A stretch of DNA of 64,000 bases from an uncultured delta proteobacterium. Its GTDB lineage: Bacteria; Desulfobacterota; Binatia; UBA9968. A model generated the notes under the pieces. It was not told where the DNA came from. It saw only the letters and a program-made list of their open reading frames with translations, and searched no databases. Location of the stretch: NCBI GenBank assembly GCA_963771465.1, contig CAVYTU010000014.1, positions 384,001 through 448,000 on the forward strand. The letters are read 5' to 3'. This document shows positions 41,532 through 51,995 of this stretch, in pieces. Each line of letters opens with the position of its first letter. The stretch's first letter is position 1. A program made the position numbers and the translations under genes.

Positions 41532-41570
41532 AAAAAAAGCCAGTCATCCGGTCACAGCCGAATGACTGGC
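41532..41570 (-). terminator. Intra-operon terminator/stabiliser after dctP
   Basis: GCCAGTCATTCGG...CCGGATGACTGGC followed by T7. Confidence 0.8.
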
Positions 41571-41595
41571 GTGTTGCACCAATCGGTTCAGGGAT

Positions 41596-42762
41596 TTAGC
41601 CCTTCTTAACCGCTGGTTTAGCGGCAGGCTTGGCAAAATAGTGGTTGTAGGCCATACGGCGGGGAGTGTTGGTGTCGAGGTCCCACTTTACCGTCCGGGC
41701 GGCAAAGGCGCGCTGGGATTCGGCGACTTCTTTGAACGTGGGATTCTCGGCCGATTTCTTCGCCTCCACCTGGTCGAAGATTTCGAGTTGCTTCTGCAGA
41801 ATGGATTCCGGCGTGCGGTAAAATCTGACCTTCTCTTTGGTCTGCAGCTCAATATAGTCTTTCGAGTAGCGGTCCACCGCCTTCCAAGACATATCGGCCG
41901 ACGCGGCGTCCGCGGCGTACGCGATGATCGCCTTCATCTTGTCCGGCAGCGCTTCGAATTTTGTCTTGTTGAACAGAACCTCGAACGTCTCCGCATTCTG
42001 ATGATAACTCTGCAGCATGCAAACCTTCGAGACATCCTGAAAACCTAGGGCGCGGTCGGAGGACGCGTTATTGAACTCCGCTCCCTCGATCAGACCACGG
42101 TCCAACGCCGGCACGATCTCGGCGCCGGGCAGCGCGTTCACCGATGCGCCCATGCCCTGGAACAAGTCGATGGAGATGCCTACCGTGCGAAACTTCATAC
42201 CTTTGAAATCATCCGGCTTGGTGATCGGCTTCTTGTACCAGCCGAGCGGTTGGGTCGGCATCGGACCATAGGGAAAAGAAACCACATTAGCGCCGAGCGC
42301 GCCGTAGATCTTACTGAGCAGTTCCTTGCCGCCGCCGTACTTGTGCCAGGCGAGGACCATGTTTGCGTCCATGCCGTACGCGGGACTCGAACCCCAGAGC
42401 GCGAGAGCTGTCTGTTTGCCGTAGTGGTAGCTGAGAACGCCGTGGCCGCCGTCGAGGGTGCCCTTCGACACGGCGTCGAGCAGTTGAAACGCCGGCACCA
42501 CCGCGCCCGCGGGCAGAACTTCGATCTTGAGATCGCCGCCGGTCATGTCGACGACCTTCTTGGCGAAGTCGAGCGCAAACTCGTGGAATATATCCTTGGA
42601 CGGCCAAGTGCTCTGCCAGCGCATCGAAGTCACACCCTGCGACTTCACGATGTTGGGAAAACCGAGCACAGCCGCCCCTCCCGCGGCCATCGCGGCTTTC
42701 AAAATATTTCGCCGTGAAACCTTCTTCGTTTCTGACACAACAACGTTTGCTTCTTCAGACAT
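41596..42762 (-). CDS. dctP: TRAP solute-binding protein (TakP/SmoM-like), Tat signal
   Basis: SRRNILK Tat motif, WQSTW, LPAGAVVP, GMKFR, AEFN. Confidence 0.9.
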   Translation of the reverse strand: MSEEANVVVSETKKVSRRNILKAAMAAGGAAVLGFPNIVKSQGVTSMRWQSTWPSKDIFHEFALDFAKKVVDMTGGDLKIEVLPAGAVVPAFQLLDAVSKGTLDGGHGVLSYHYGKQTALALWGSSPAYGMDANMVLAWHKYGGGKELLSKIYGALGANVVSFPYGPMPTQPLGWYKKPITKPDDFKGMKFRTVGISIDLFQGMGASVNALPGAEIVPALDRGLIEGAEFNNASSDRALGFQDVSKVCMLQSYHQNAETFEVLFNKTKFEALPDKMKAIIAYAADAASADMSWKAVDRYSKDYIELQTKEKVRFYRTPESILQKQLEIFDQVEAKKSAENPTFKEVAESQRAFAARTVKWDLDTNTPRRMAYNHYFAKPAAKPAVKKG

Positions 42763-42792
42763 TGCCAGCCTCCTGATATTAATCCCAAAGTT

Positions 42793-42813
42793 GTAACTGT
42801 ATATTACAGTTAC
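42793..42813. promoter_or_regulatory. 21-bp palindromic operator candidate in the dctP/glcD divergent region
   Basis: GTAACTGTA-TAT-TACAGTTAC; glcD promoter TTGACA-18-TACGCT at 42845-74. Confidence 0.65.
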
Positions 42814-42916
42814 CTTAATGCCGTCAATCTCACGAAGGCCCGGGTTGACACTCTATTTCACTCTCGACTACGCTTGGCAAGCGAGATAGCCTCGTCCCTC
42901 TGACAGTGATCACAGG

Positions 42917-44353
42917 ATGAATAAACTAGAATCGATTGCCGCGTTGCGCGCCATCGTCGGCGAACATTACGTCCTCGTCGAGAAGGAAGATGTAATCGTC
43001 TACGAGCAGGACGGTTCGATCTTCCAAGTCATGCCGGAAGTCGTCGTCGTGCCGGCGAATGTCGACGAAGTGGCGGCCGTGATCAAGGCGGCGAAACAGG
43101 CCAATGTGCCGATCGTGCCGCGTGGCTCGGGCACCGGACTGGCCGGCGGCGCCGTGCCCGCCGAGGGTGGCATCATAATTTCGTTGGCGCGGCTGAACCA
43201 TATATTGAGAATCGATTTAGAAAATCGTATCGCCATCGTCGAACCCGGTGTGATCAATATCGATATCACCAAAGCCGTTAGCCGACACGAATTTTTCTAC
43301 GCACCCGATCCAAGCAGCCAAGCCGCTTGTTCCATCGGCGGCAACGTCGCGAATAATTCCGGCGGGCCGCACACGCTTGCCTACGGTGTCACCACCAATC
43401 ATGTCCTCGGTGTCGAAGTCGTACTGGATAACGGTGCAATCGTCTGGCTCGGCGGAGAAGTCCCCGACACGCCGGGCTACGATCTCTGCGGTGTTTTTGT
43501 CGGCTCCGAGGGGACGCTTGGCATCGTCACGAAGATCGCCGTCAAGCTGATGCAAACCCGCGAATCGGTGCGAACCCTGCTGGCGATTTTTGACGACATG
43601 GATTTGGCAACCAAGACCGTCGTCGACATCACCAGCGCTGGGATTATTCCCGCCGCCTTGGAAATGATGGATCACACGACGATTGAAGCCATCGAGCGCG
43701 GCGCGCCGGTGGGATTTCCGCGCGACGCTGCGGCGGTGCTGATCGTCGAGGTCGAAGGTTTGAGCGAACATACCGAAAAATCGATACACCTCGCCGGTGC
43801 CGTCTGTCAGCAAAACGGTGCCCGCGAAGTGCGCCGCGCCAAAGACGAGGCCGAACGCCAGCTCTTATGGAAAGGCCGCAAAGGCGCCTTCGGCGCCATG
43901 GGCGCGCTGGCGCCGAACTATTACGTCCAAGACGGCGTCGTGCCGCGCAGCCAATTGCCGGAGATGATGCGCCGCGTCGCGGCAATCAGTAAGCAGTTTG
44001 ATTTGCCCATCGCCAATGTCTTTCACGCCGGCGACGGTAATTTGCATCCGAATATTCTCTTCGACATGCGCAACCCCGGCGAGCTCGACCGCGTCGTCGC
44101 AGCCGGCGAGGCGACCTTGCGCGCCTGCATCGAGCTCGGCGGCAGCATCACCGGCGAGCACGGCGTCGGTTTAGAGAAGAAGGCTTATATCGGTCTCTTA
44201 TTCAGTGAAACCGACCTCGAAGCGATGACGCGCGTGCGCAAAGCCTTCGACCCCGACAACCGTTTCAACCCGGCTAAGTTATTTCCGACGCCGGTGAGTT
44301 GCGGCGAAGTCCGATTGCAGCCGGCGAAGATTGCGGCGGGGATGTGGATTTGA
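42917..44353 (+). CDS. glcD: Glycolate oxidase FAD subunit
   Basis: PRGSGTGLAGG, PDPSS, GSEGTLG, HAGDGNLHP, GEHGVG. Confidence 0.9.
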   Translation: MNKLESIAALRAIVGEHYVLVEKEDVIVYEQDGSIFQVMPEVVVVPANVDEVAAVIKAAKQANVPIVPRGSGTGLAGGAVPAEGGIIISLARLNHILRIDLENRIAIVEPGVINIDITKAVSRHEFFYAPDPSSQAACSIGGNVANNSGGPHTLAYGVTTNHVLGVEVVLDNGAIVWLGGEVPDTPGYDLCGVFVGSEGTLGIVTKIAVKLMQTRESVRTLLAIFDDMDLATKTVVDITSAGIIPAALEMMDHTTIEAIERGAPVGFPRDAAAVLIVEVEGLSEHTEKSIHLAGAVCQQNGAREVRRAKDEAERQLLWKGRKGAFGAMGALAPNYYVQDGVVPRSQLPEMMRRVAAISKQFDLPIANVFHAGDGNLHPNILFDMRNPGELDRVVAAGEATLRACIELGGSITGEHGVGLEKKAYIGLLFSETDLEAMTRVRKAFDPDNRFNPAKLFPTPVSCGEVRLQPAKIAAGMWI

Positions 44354-44426
44354 AATTCCTGAATCGAGTTTCGTTTTTCAGGTCGCGAGTTGAATCCTTG
44401 AATAGCTAGACTACAGAAGGGCGCCA

Positions 44427-45737
44427 TTGGAACACACCCATCCGGACAGAGACAGTGGCCCCCAAGCAAAGATCGCCACTCTCGATCTCGCCGAACTCTA
44501 TCAATGCGTTCATTGCGGCTTGTGCTTGAATCAATGTCCGACTTATCGCGCCACCGGCCTCGAACCGGAATCGCCGCGCGGCAGAATCCATCTGGTCAAA
44601 GCCGCCGCCGATGGACGCATCGAGCTCAGCGACCGATTCAAGGAACATATTTATCTCTGTCTGCTCTGCCGCGCCTGCGAGAGCGCGTGCCCGTCCGGCG
44701 TGCAATACGGCCGTATCGCTGAAACCGCGCGCGAACACATCGGGCCCCCGGGATCGGCCACCTCCCGGAGAATATTGAACTTCGTTTTCACCCAAATGTT
44801 GCCCCATGCGAGCCGCCTAAAGTTGGCGTTTACGCTCTTCCGTTTGTACCAACGCACCGGCCTGCAACGAATCCTGCGCCCCTTGCTGCCGCAAAAAATG
44901 CGCGACATGGACGCCATGCTGCCGGCGATCCCGAAAAAATTTTTCCGGCCCGAAGCGAATGCTTTGCCAGCCATCGGCCCGCGCCGCGCGCGCGTCGCCA
45001 TGCTTAATGGCTGCGTCATGCCCTTGCTGTTCGGCGACGTCAATGCCGCCACCGTCCGCGTGCTCCGGCGCAACGGTTGCGAAGTCGTCTTCCCGGAGCA
45101 ACAAACCTGCTGCGGCGCGTTGAACATTCACAACGGCGAAAACATCGCGGCGAAAAAAATGGCGCGCCAAAACATCGACGCATTTCTTGCAGCTGGAATT
45201 GACGCGATTGTCGTCAACGCCGCCGGTTGCGGCGCGGCGATGAAGGAATACGATTACCTGCTGCGCGACGATGCCGAGTACGCCGAAAAGGCCAAACGTT
45301 TCAGCGCAACGGTCAAAGACGCCGGCGAATTTCTCGCCGGACTCGGCCTCGTCGGCCCAATGGCGCCGATGAATCTGACCGTCACCTATCAAGATCCTTG
45401 TCATCTCGCGCACGGACAGAAAATTCGCAGCCAGCCGCGCCATCTCTTGCAAGCGATCCCCGGACTGAAATTGATCGAGATGGAAGGCGCAGACCGCTGC
45501 TGCGGCAGCGCGGGAATTTATAATATGACCCACGCCTCCATGTCACAGCATCTGCTCAAGGAGAAAATGCAGTCTGTTGGCGCGACAACTGCTGAGGCCA
45601 TGGTCGCGCCCAATCCCGGCTGCATGTTGCAACTTGCCTACGGCGCAAAATGCTACGGCCCGAATCTACCGGTCTATCATTTGATGGACCTGCTCGATCG
45701 CGCGTACAGCCAAGCTGAAGCCGTGGCCGCGAAATGA
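44427..45737 (+). CDS. glcF: Glycolate oxidase Fe-S subunit
   Basis: CVHCGLCLNQCP, CLLCRACESACP, two CCG domains. Confidence 0.9.
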   Translation: MEHTHPDRDSGPQAKIATLDLAELYQCVHCGLCLNQCPTYRATGLEPESPRGRIHLVKAAADGRIELSDRFKEHIYLCLLCRACESACPSGVQYGRIAETAREHIGPPGSATSRRILNFVFTQMLPHASRLKLAFTLFRLYQRTGLQRILRPLLPQKMRDMDAMLPAIPKKFFRPEANALPAIGPRRARVAMLNGCVMPLLFGDVNAATVRVLRRNGCEVVFPEQQTCCGALNIHNGENIAAKKMARQNIDAFLAAGIDAIVVNAAGCGAAMKEYDYLLRDDAEYAEKAKRFSATVKDAGEFLAGLGLVGPMAPMNLTVTYQDPCHLAHGQKIRSQPRHLLQAIPGLKLIEMEGADRCCGSAGIYNMTHASMSQHLLKEKMQSVGATTAEAMVAPNPGCMLQLAYGAKCYGPNLPVYHLMDLLDRAYSQAEAVAAK

Positions 45738-47020
45738 AAATCACCCACGAGCAACTAGCGCGAAAACTGCAAGCCGCGCTGGGCACAGACGCAGTTAACG
45801 CTGAAGCGAATTGCCGCGCTAGTCACGTCGTCGATGGCGTCATGCCAGCGCTGGTTTGTGCGCCGCAAAGCGCCGAGCAGATTGCCTCGATATTGAGAAT
45901 CTGTGCCGAAGCACAAGCGAGTGTCATCCCCTGGGGCGGCGGCATGGCGATGGCACTCGGCAATCCGCCGCGAGTTGCCAATGTCGTCGTCAAAACCGCC
46001 GCGCTCAACCGAGTGATCGAGCACGATCACGCCAATCTCACGGCGACCGCGCAATGCGGCATCAACCTGAACGCGCTGCAAAATGCGCTCGCGCCGCAAA
46101 ACCAGTTCGCGCCGTTGGATCCGCCGTTCGCCGAGCGCTCGACCATCGGCGGTGTCGTCGCGGCAAACCTGAATGGACCGCGGCGAGCTTCCTATGGCAG
46201 CGTGCGCGACCTGATTATCGGCATGAGAGTCGCGCTGGCGTCAGGCGAACAGATCAAGGCTGGCGGCAAAGTCGTCAAAAATGTCGCCGGCTACGATATG
46301 TGTAAACTATTCACCGGCTCGCTCGGCACCTTGGGAATCATCACGGAAGTGACCTTGAGAGTCGCGCCGATTGCGGAAAGCAGCGCGACCGTCGTGGTTA
46401 CCGGATCGCTCGCCCACGCGACGCAATTGGCCAATCAACTTGCCGCATCGAAGTTATTGCCGACCGCTGTCTTTCTCTCAAACGATTCCACCGAGCAAAC
46501 TTGGCAATTGACGGTCGGCTTCGAAGGTTTCACAGCAACCGTAGCGCGTCAGTTGCAGGACTTGGTATCGATGGCGCAACCGATGGGCATGAACACCACC
46601 ACGCTTGGAATCGAGAAAAATAAACGGGTTTGGCAAGGGATACGCGATTTTCCGCTGAAACCGAATCAGATTATATACCGAGTGACCGTGCCACGGGCAT
46701 CGGTTATGGAAATCGTAAACGTCGTTAACAGTTGGCACAACGACGCGCTGAATCCTGTACTCATCGTCGACTTAGCAATAGGAACGGTGTGGTTTGCTTT
46801 GCACCCAAGCATCGAATCGGCGGCCGATTTTCCCAAGCTCATCGCCCTAGCTCAAAAGCAGCACGGCCACGCAGTCATGTTCGTCGCACCGAGCGAGCAT
46901 AAATCAGCTAGCGACGTATGGGGACCGGCGCCGCCATCGCTGGCGCTGATGCGCGAAATCAAGCAGCAGTTCGATCCCAAGGGAATTCTCAATCCCGGCA
47001 GATTTATTGGCGGTCTGTAA
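45734..47020 (+). CDS. glcE: Glycolate oxidase FAD subunit
   Basis: GGKVVKNVAGYD, GSLGTLG, FDPKGILNPGR. Confidence 0.88.
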   Translation: MKITHEQLARKLQAALGTDAVNAEANCRASHVVDGVMPALVCAPQSAEQIASILRICAEAQASVIPWGGGMAMALGNPPRVANVVVKTAALNRVIEHDHANLTATAQCGINLNALQNALAPQNQFAPLDPPFAERSTIGGVVAANLNGPRRASYGSVRDLIIGMRVALASGEQIKAGGKVVKNVAGYDMCKLFTGSLGTLGIITEVTLRVAPIAESSATVVVTGSLAHATQLANQLAASKLLPTAVFLSNDSTEQTWQLTVGFEGFTATVARQLQDLVSMAQPMGMNTTTLGIEKNKRVWQGIRDFPLKPNQIIYRVTVPRASVMEIVNVVNSWHNDALNPVLIVDLAIGTVWFALHPSIESAADFPKLIALAQKQHGHAVMFVAPSEHKSASDVWGPAPPSLALMREIKQQFDPKGILNPGRFIGGL

Positions 47021-47063
47021 TGCTCCGCTCCGACTCTCAGCACTCACGACTTATTCTCGACAA

Positions 47064-47567
47064 TTAAAACCAGCGAATCACCCAAGCGCTCAGCCAATTG
47101 TCGACGCCCCAACCGCCGCTGCCGCGCACCGCGAAGTAAGCCGCCGCGGCAACGAACACTAGGTTGTCGCGCAGCCCAACTTCGTGAGCGTGATAGGATT
47201 GGCGATCGAAGGAACGAAAATAGTTTTGCGCTTTCTCGTCCTTGAGCGCGGCCGTGACTACCGGCACCATCGTCGGCAGGACTTTTAGCCAGTGAGAGTG
47301 GAGCGCAAAGGTGGGAATGAGAAACACGATGATCATCACGGCGCATAGCGGTGTCTGGAATCCAACCGCCAGGCCGAATCCGCCGACAACCATCAAGAAC
47401 GTCGCCACGAAGCCAAAAAAAGTCGCGCCCTTGGGAAACAGAATGCTCGCGGTGTTTACCGGATTGGGCCAGCGCCGCACGTTACTCAGCCCGCTAATCA
47501 ACATACGCCAGCCGAGAATCGCTCGCAGCACCGCTTCGGCTAGAATAACCAAGCTCGAATTCTCCAC
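47064..47567 (-). CDS. DoxX-like membrane protein
   Basis: GGAGG before GTG 47567; TM helices, GFQT, PTFALH; promoter TTGACG-17-TATAGT at 47636-47608. Confidence 0.7.
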   Translation of the reverse strand: MENSSLVILAEAVLRAILGWRMLISGLSNVRRWPNPVNTASILFPKGATFFGFVATFLMVVGGFGLAVGFQTPLCAVMIIVFLIPTFALHSHWLKVLPTMVPVVTAALKDEKAQNYFRSFDRQSYHAHEVGLRDNLVFVAAAAYFAVRGSGGWGVDNWLSAWVIRWF

Positions 47568-47794
47568 GCCGCCTCCCAACGAATAGCTAACAATAGAAAT
47601 CCGCCGCACTATAATCAGCGCCAACATAGCCGTCAAACCGCTGAAACAAGCGGCACAATATCGAACCTCTGTATCGTCTACTGGCCGCACAGAGCGTGAC
47701 TCGTTCTCGTCAGCGATCGTCAAATAGTCCGCCAAACTGCTTGGTTTAGATTGTTTCTGCCAAAAAATTTCTCTACAATGCGCCGGTGCCGTGT

Positions 47795-47810
47795 TGGCAC
47801 TTTAGTTGCT
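47795..47810 (+). promoter_or_regulatory. sigma54 (-24/-12) promoter
   Basis: TGGCAC-TTTAG-TTGCT matches the consensus exactly. Confidence 0.75.
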
Positions 47811-47833
47811 GTTCCAAGGTTGTCTAAAACGAG

Positions 47834-49063
47834 GTGGCAATGAAACAGGCAAGACTATGGCTGCTCTCACTTTTGTTGAGTGTGGTGTCGCTCGCCGGTG
47901 ACGCAACGGCTCAAAGCAATCAGCCAAACCAAAGTCCCTTCCCGGTGCCCGCTGGGCTCGAATCTTCGATTGAATTCTGGAAAAAAGTTTTTAGCGAGTA
48001 CGGCCTCGCCCAACTGATCTATTTCGACCCCCTCGACCCGAGCAGGATTTACGAAGTGGTCGACGTCGGTGAAGACAGCCGAACCAATGAATATATCAAC
48101 GGCGAGCGATCCCGCATCGCCGCCGCCAATGAGGTCGATATCGAGCGTGTCAAAGCGCAGCGCGGCGTGAAAGAACGGACCGCCGCGGGTATCAAACGTT
48201 CGGGTCGCTATATCGCGCAGATCCAACAGATTTTTCGCGACCGCCAGTTGCCGGTGGAGCTGAGTTTCCTGCCGATCGTCGAATCGTCGTATGACATCTA
48301 TGCCCGGTCGTCGGTCGGCGCGTTAGGCGTTTGGCAATTCATGCCCGCTACGGGGCGCGAGTATATGCGCGTCACCCGCGATATCGATGAACGGCGTGAT
48401 CCATTGGAGTCATCCCGCGCCGCGGCGGCATATCTGAAGCAAGCCTACGAGTATCTCGGCAGTTGGCCTTTGGCGATTACGTCATATAACTATGGTCAGG
48501 CCGGCATGGCTCGTGCGGTTGCGGAGGTCGGATCGAGCAATCTGGTCGACCTGATTCAACGCTACAATCATCAGAACTGGGGTTTTCCACCGAAGCATTT
48601 TTACGCCGAGTTTCTCGCTGCTGTGGAGATCGGCACGAATCTCGAGCGCTATTTCCCCGGATTGGAACTTGATCGAGCAGCGCCGATGAGAGAACAGGAA
48701 CTCACGACCAACATGTCGATCGCGTCTCTGCTCAATTCCACCGGTTTGAGCCGGGATGAACTGTTTGGCTGGAATCCGGCTATTACTCCTACCACGCGTA
48801 TCGTTCCAGCCGGCTATCGGGTCAAACTACCGAGCGATCGCACCATGGAACCGCTGGTTACGGTGGTTCAAGTGCAGCAGGTCACGCGCCAGCCGCAGCC
48901 GAAAGCGCAGGCGCAAGTAGTGCATCATCAAGTGAAACGCGGCGAGACGCTATTCTTGATCGCGCAGCGCTATGGCGCTTCGGTGAATCGAATATTGCAG
49001 GCTAACGGTCTGCGCCACGCCCGTCTGGTCAGAGTCGGAACCACCCTGCGCATTCCGACCTAA
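47834..49063 (+). CDS. MltD-like lytic transglycosylase with LysM
   Basis: LPIVES, GVWQFMPATG, SYNYG, HQVKRGETLFLIAQRYG. Confidence 0.9.
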   Translation: MAMKQARLWLLSLLLSVVSLAGDATAQSNQPNQSPFPVPAGLESSIEFWKKVFSEYGLAQLIYFDPLDPSRIYEVVDVGEDSRTNEYINGERSRIAAANEVDIERVKAQRGVKERTAAGIKRSGRYIAQIQQIFRDRQLPVELSFLPIVESSYDIYARSSVGALGVWQFMPATGREYMRVTRDIDERRDPLESSRAAAAYLKQAYEYLGSWPLAITSYNYGQAGMARAVAEVGSSNLVDLIQRYNHQNWGFPPKHFYAEFLAAVEIGTNLERYFPGLELDRAAPMREQELTTNMSIASLLNSTGLSRDELFGWNPAITPTTRIVPAGYRVKLPSDRTMEPLVTVVQVQQVTRQPQPKAQAQVVHHQVKRGETLFLIAQRYGASVNRILQANGLRHARLVRVGTTLRIPT

Positions 49064-49095
49064 ATACTGCCCCTGAGATATAATTGCTGACCACG

Positions 49096-49128
49096 AGGCC
49101 GAGCTGATAAATTCGGCTCGGCCTTTGT
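49096..49128 (+). terminator. Intrinsic terminator
   Basis: AGGCCGAGCTGA-TAAAT-TCGGCTCGGCCT-TTGT. Confidence 0.7.
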
Positions 49129-49220
49129 GCAACTCAATGTGACATTGCTTTAGAATCAAATTTTTTACGCGCGCGCCGCGTCATTGACAAACTTTCCGGC
49201 GGCTAGCTATAGTCACGCGC

Positions 49221-50215
49221 GTGAAGTTATTCGTCATTCGACACGCTGCTTTCGCTGCAACTACTCGATCACAGCGAATTCTAGCCGGCGTTTTACTCAC
49301 GTTACTACTAACCGTTGCAGCTCAAGCCCAAGAGTCGAGAAAAGTTCGCCTCGCGTATTCAGCCTTTAGCGTTTCATTTTTGAATCTGTTCGTCGCCCCC
49401 GATGCCGGACTTTTTAATAAGCACGGCCTCGAGCCGGAGCTGATTCAGATGGCTGGCCCGCTGCCGGTGGCCGCATTGGCCTCAGGCGACATCGATTACC
49501 TCACCGGTTACACCACGGGCATCATCGCCACCGGACAAGGCGCGCCGCTCAAAGGCATCATGATCGCTCTGCGTAAGCCGCCCTTTTTCGTCGTCGCCGA
49601 ACCGGGCGTTCAACGGCTCAACGATCTCACTGGCAAACGCATCGGCGTCGATCGCATCGGCAGTTTGCAGCATTTGGTCGTGCGTTTGTTATTGCGCAGC
49701 AAAGGCGTCGATCCGGAGAAAGTGATTTTTACCCAGACCGGCTCGGTATCAAACACCGTGACCAGCCTCGCCAAGGCGCGGTGTCGGCGGCCGTACTGTC
49801 CGGGCCACACAACGTGATCATGGCGCAAAAAGGTTTTCGCCAGCTCGGCGCTGCCGATGATTTGCCGATGCAACTTCCCACCAGCGGCCTGGTCGTGAAC
49901 GAGAGCAAACTAAAGAGCGACGCCAATCGCATCAAGAACGTGATTCGCGTCATGCTCGACGCCTCGGCGTTCTGCCGCAAAGAGAAAGTCTGGGTGGTGA
50001 ACTACGTCCGCGACAAGTGGAAGATCGAGCAAAAAACCGCCGAGGCCGTCTACGCTCAGGGGCTGGCAATCCTCACGCCGGACGGCAAGATCGCCATCAA
50101 GGACATGCAAGAATACTTCGACTTGGCGTATAATCAGAAGTAAATCCCCGCGCCCATCAACGTCGCGGCGGTGACCGACTACACCTTGATCGATCAAATA
50201 TTAGCGGGGAAATAG
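49221..50215 (+). pseudogene. SsuA/NMT1-type solute-binding protein with a frameshift and a premature stop
   Basis: Frame change near 49770 (SLA / QGAVSAAVLSGP); TAA at 50141 followed in frame by IPAPINVAAVTDYTLIDQILAGK*. Confidence 0.8.
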
Positions 50216-50294
50216 TTTTCACTAGTCAGTTCGCAATGGCATTTTAATCCCTGAACTCAAGACGCCAAGCATAGAACAAGGAGTTTTAATTTAT

Positions 50295-50966
50295 ATGATA
50301 GACGGCAAGGCACTCGTTGAGGCAGTCAAGAAGGAAGTCATCGAACCCGGCATTGAAAGTTTGATGAACACGCAGTATTTCACCGAACTGCGCCAGGGGA
50401 AGTTATCGATCAAAAGAATGCAAGGTTGGGCGATCCAACACTATTTGCACAACAAGGCGATTCTAAAATCCTTCGCCTTGGGCATGGTCAAAAACGCTCA
50501 CGAGCCTACGATGTTCGACTACTTCACCGAGCAGTTCACCGAAGAACAGACGCATCCCGATCTGGCAAAGCGGTTTGGCCTCGCGCTCGGCCTCAAGGAA
50601 GAAGACTTCACCGAGGCGACGCAAATTTTTGAATGTCAGATTCATTCCGCGCGCACCGTCTACAACACGCTGATGGGCTACCCGCCGCAAAACCGCGCCT
50701 CCGCGCTGACCAGCGAAAGCATGGTCTGCCGTTACTCGGAGGAATTCTTGAATGCGGGACACAAACACTACGGCCTCGACGATCGCGACCTGACATTTTT
50801 CTCCGTCCACATGGTCGCCGATCAGGAGCATACCGCGCGCTCGGCGGAATTGATCGCCCGCATGGTCAAAACTCCGCGCGAGGAGCGGCTGGTGCGCGAA
50901 AGCGCGCGATATATGGTCCGCATCAAGCTCGGCAAGTTTGACGGACTCTATCGCGAGTACGCATGA
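50295..50966 (+). CDS. Heme-oxygenase-like di-iron protein (TenA/PqqC/CADD superfamily)
   Basis: EEQTH, SESM and FSVHMVADQEH metal-ligand pattern. Confidence 0.8.
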   Translation: MIDGKALVEAVKKEVIEPGIESLMNTQYFTELRQGKLSIKRMQGWAIQHYLHNKAILKSFALGMVKNAHEPTMFDYFTEQFTEEQTHPDLAKRFGLALGLKEEDFTEATQIFECQIHSARTVYNTLMGYPPQNRASALTSESMVCRYSEEFLNAGHKHYGLDDRDLTFFSVHMVADQEHTARSAELIARMVKTPREERLVRESARYMVRIKLGKFDGLYREYA

Positions 50967-51042
50967 GAGAACCTCTTGATGCCTGCCGCACTTCTTGGCA
51001 AGAGATTGAGCGAGTGAATCGTTTACTGGGCTTTGTTAACGC

Positions 51043-51306
51043 ATGGACATCTTCATCCGCGCGCCTTGGCTGGCATTTGCGGTTGGCGCACTTTTCTTCA
51101 CGCTCAGCTGGTCGACCCGGTCAAAACTACTGATCACGAGCTCGACTGCCTGGATTCTCTACGGCATATACGAATATTTGATGCGCTTTCGCGTGCTGTG
51201 CTCGGGCGAGTGTAACATTCGAGTCGACCTCTTACTGATCTATCCGATCTTGCTGATCCTATCGATCATCGCCGTCGTAACGCTGGTGAAACAGCCTCGC
51301 CCATAA
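51043..51306 (+). CDS. Small membrane protein
   Basis: Three hydrophobic segments and a CSGECNIRVDLLLIYP motif. Confidence 0.65.
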   Translation: MDIFIRAPWLAFAVGALFFTLSWSTRSKLLITSSTAWILYGIYEYLMRFRVLCSGECNIRVDLLLIYPILLILSIIAVVTLVKQPRP

Positions 51307-51314
51307 ACGGCATT

Positions 51315-51995
51315 TCAAACCGTTGCCGTCGCTTCAATCTCCAGCAAATATTTCTCGCCGGCGAAACCATCGACGAAAGTAAACTCGATCTCCGGCACGG
51401 TCAGGCGGTTCGCCTGGGCGAGAACTTGTTTCACCGAATCGATGTTGGAACCGCGCTGTAATAGCAACGTCAGTTTCACGACCTTACTCCAGTCGGTTTT
51501 TGCCTTGGCGAAAGCGCCGTCCAGCGTAATCAGAACGTCGCAAAGCTGTTGATCGAGGCTCACCGCTTCGGAAGTGAAGCCGGAAAAGAACAATACGGAG
51601 TCGTATTCAAGGTAGCAGAGATAATTGCGCGGCGGCTCGAAATCGACGGGATGTCGCTGCGCGCTGGAACTCAACGGCCGCATGGCGAGCAGTTCCAAAC
51701 CGCCGGCGCCGGCAGAATCGAACCATGCTTGCGAGATGAAACTAGAACTCGCTGCTCTCCGGCTGCCGCTGAGAATTTTTGAGCGCGAGAGAGTGGCGTC
51801 AGTCCGTCCCTGCCTGTCCCGACCAAAGACGCGAATCCGGACCGTATTGTCGAGCGACAGACCAAGCGGCGTGAGCCCATCGGCGAACTTTTGAAACAAC
51901 TCAGCCATCGCGGTTTCCACCGACGCGCCGGCTTGCGACTCGCCACAAATCTCGACAAACTCTCTACCTAGCCAGGAAAAAATCTTTGCTTCCAT
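51315..51995 (-). CDS. Tandem RidA/YjgF-like protein
   Basis: LSLDNTVRIRVF and TDWSKVVKLT...LLEIEATA half-repeats; promoter TTGTCT-17-TATGTT supports the ATG at 51995. Confidence 0.7.
   Translation of the reverse strand: MEAKIFSWLGREFVEICGESQAGASVETAMAELFQKFADGLTPLGLSLDNTVRIRVFGRDRQGRTDATLSRSKILSGSRRAASSSFISQAWFDSAGAGGLELLAMRPLSSSAQRHPVDFEPPRNYLCYLEYDSVLFFSGFTSEAVSLDQQLCDVLITLDGAFAKAKTDWSKVVKLTLLLQRGSNIDSVKQVLAQANRLTVPEIEFTFVDGFAGEKYLLEIEATATV

Noticed and set aside
50141-50143. Stop-codon recoding in the SBP gene
   Set aside because: The codon is TAA and the gene also has a frameshift; decay is the simpler explanation.
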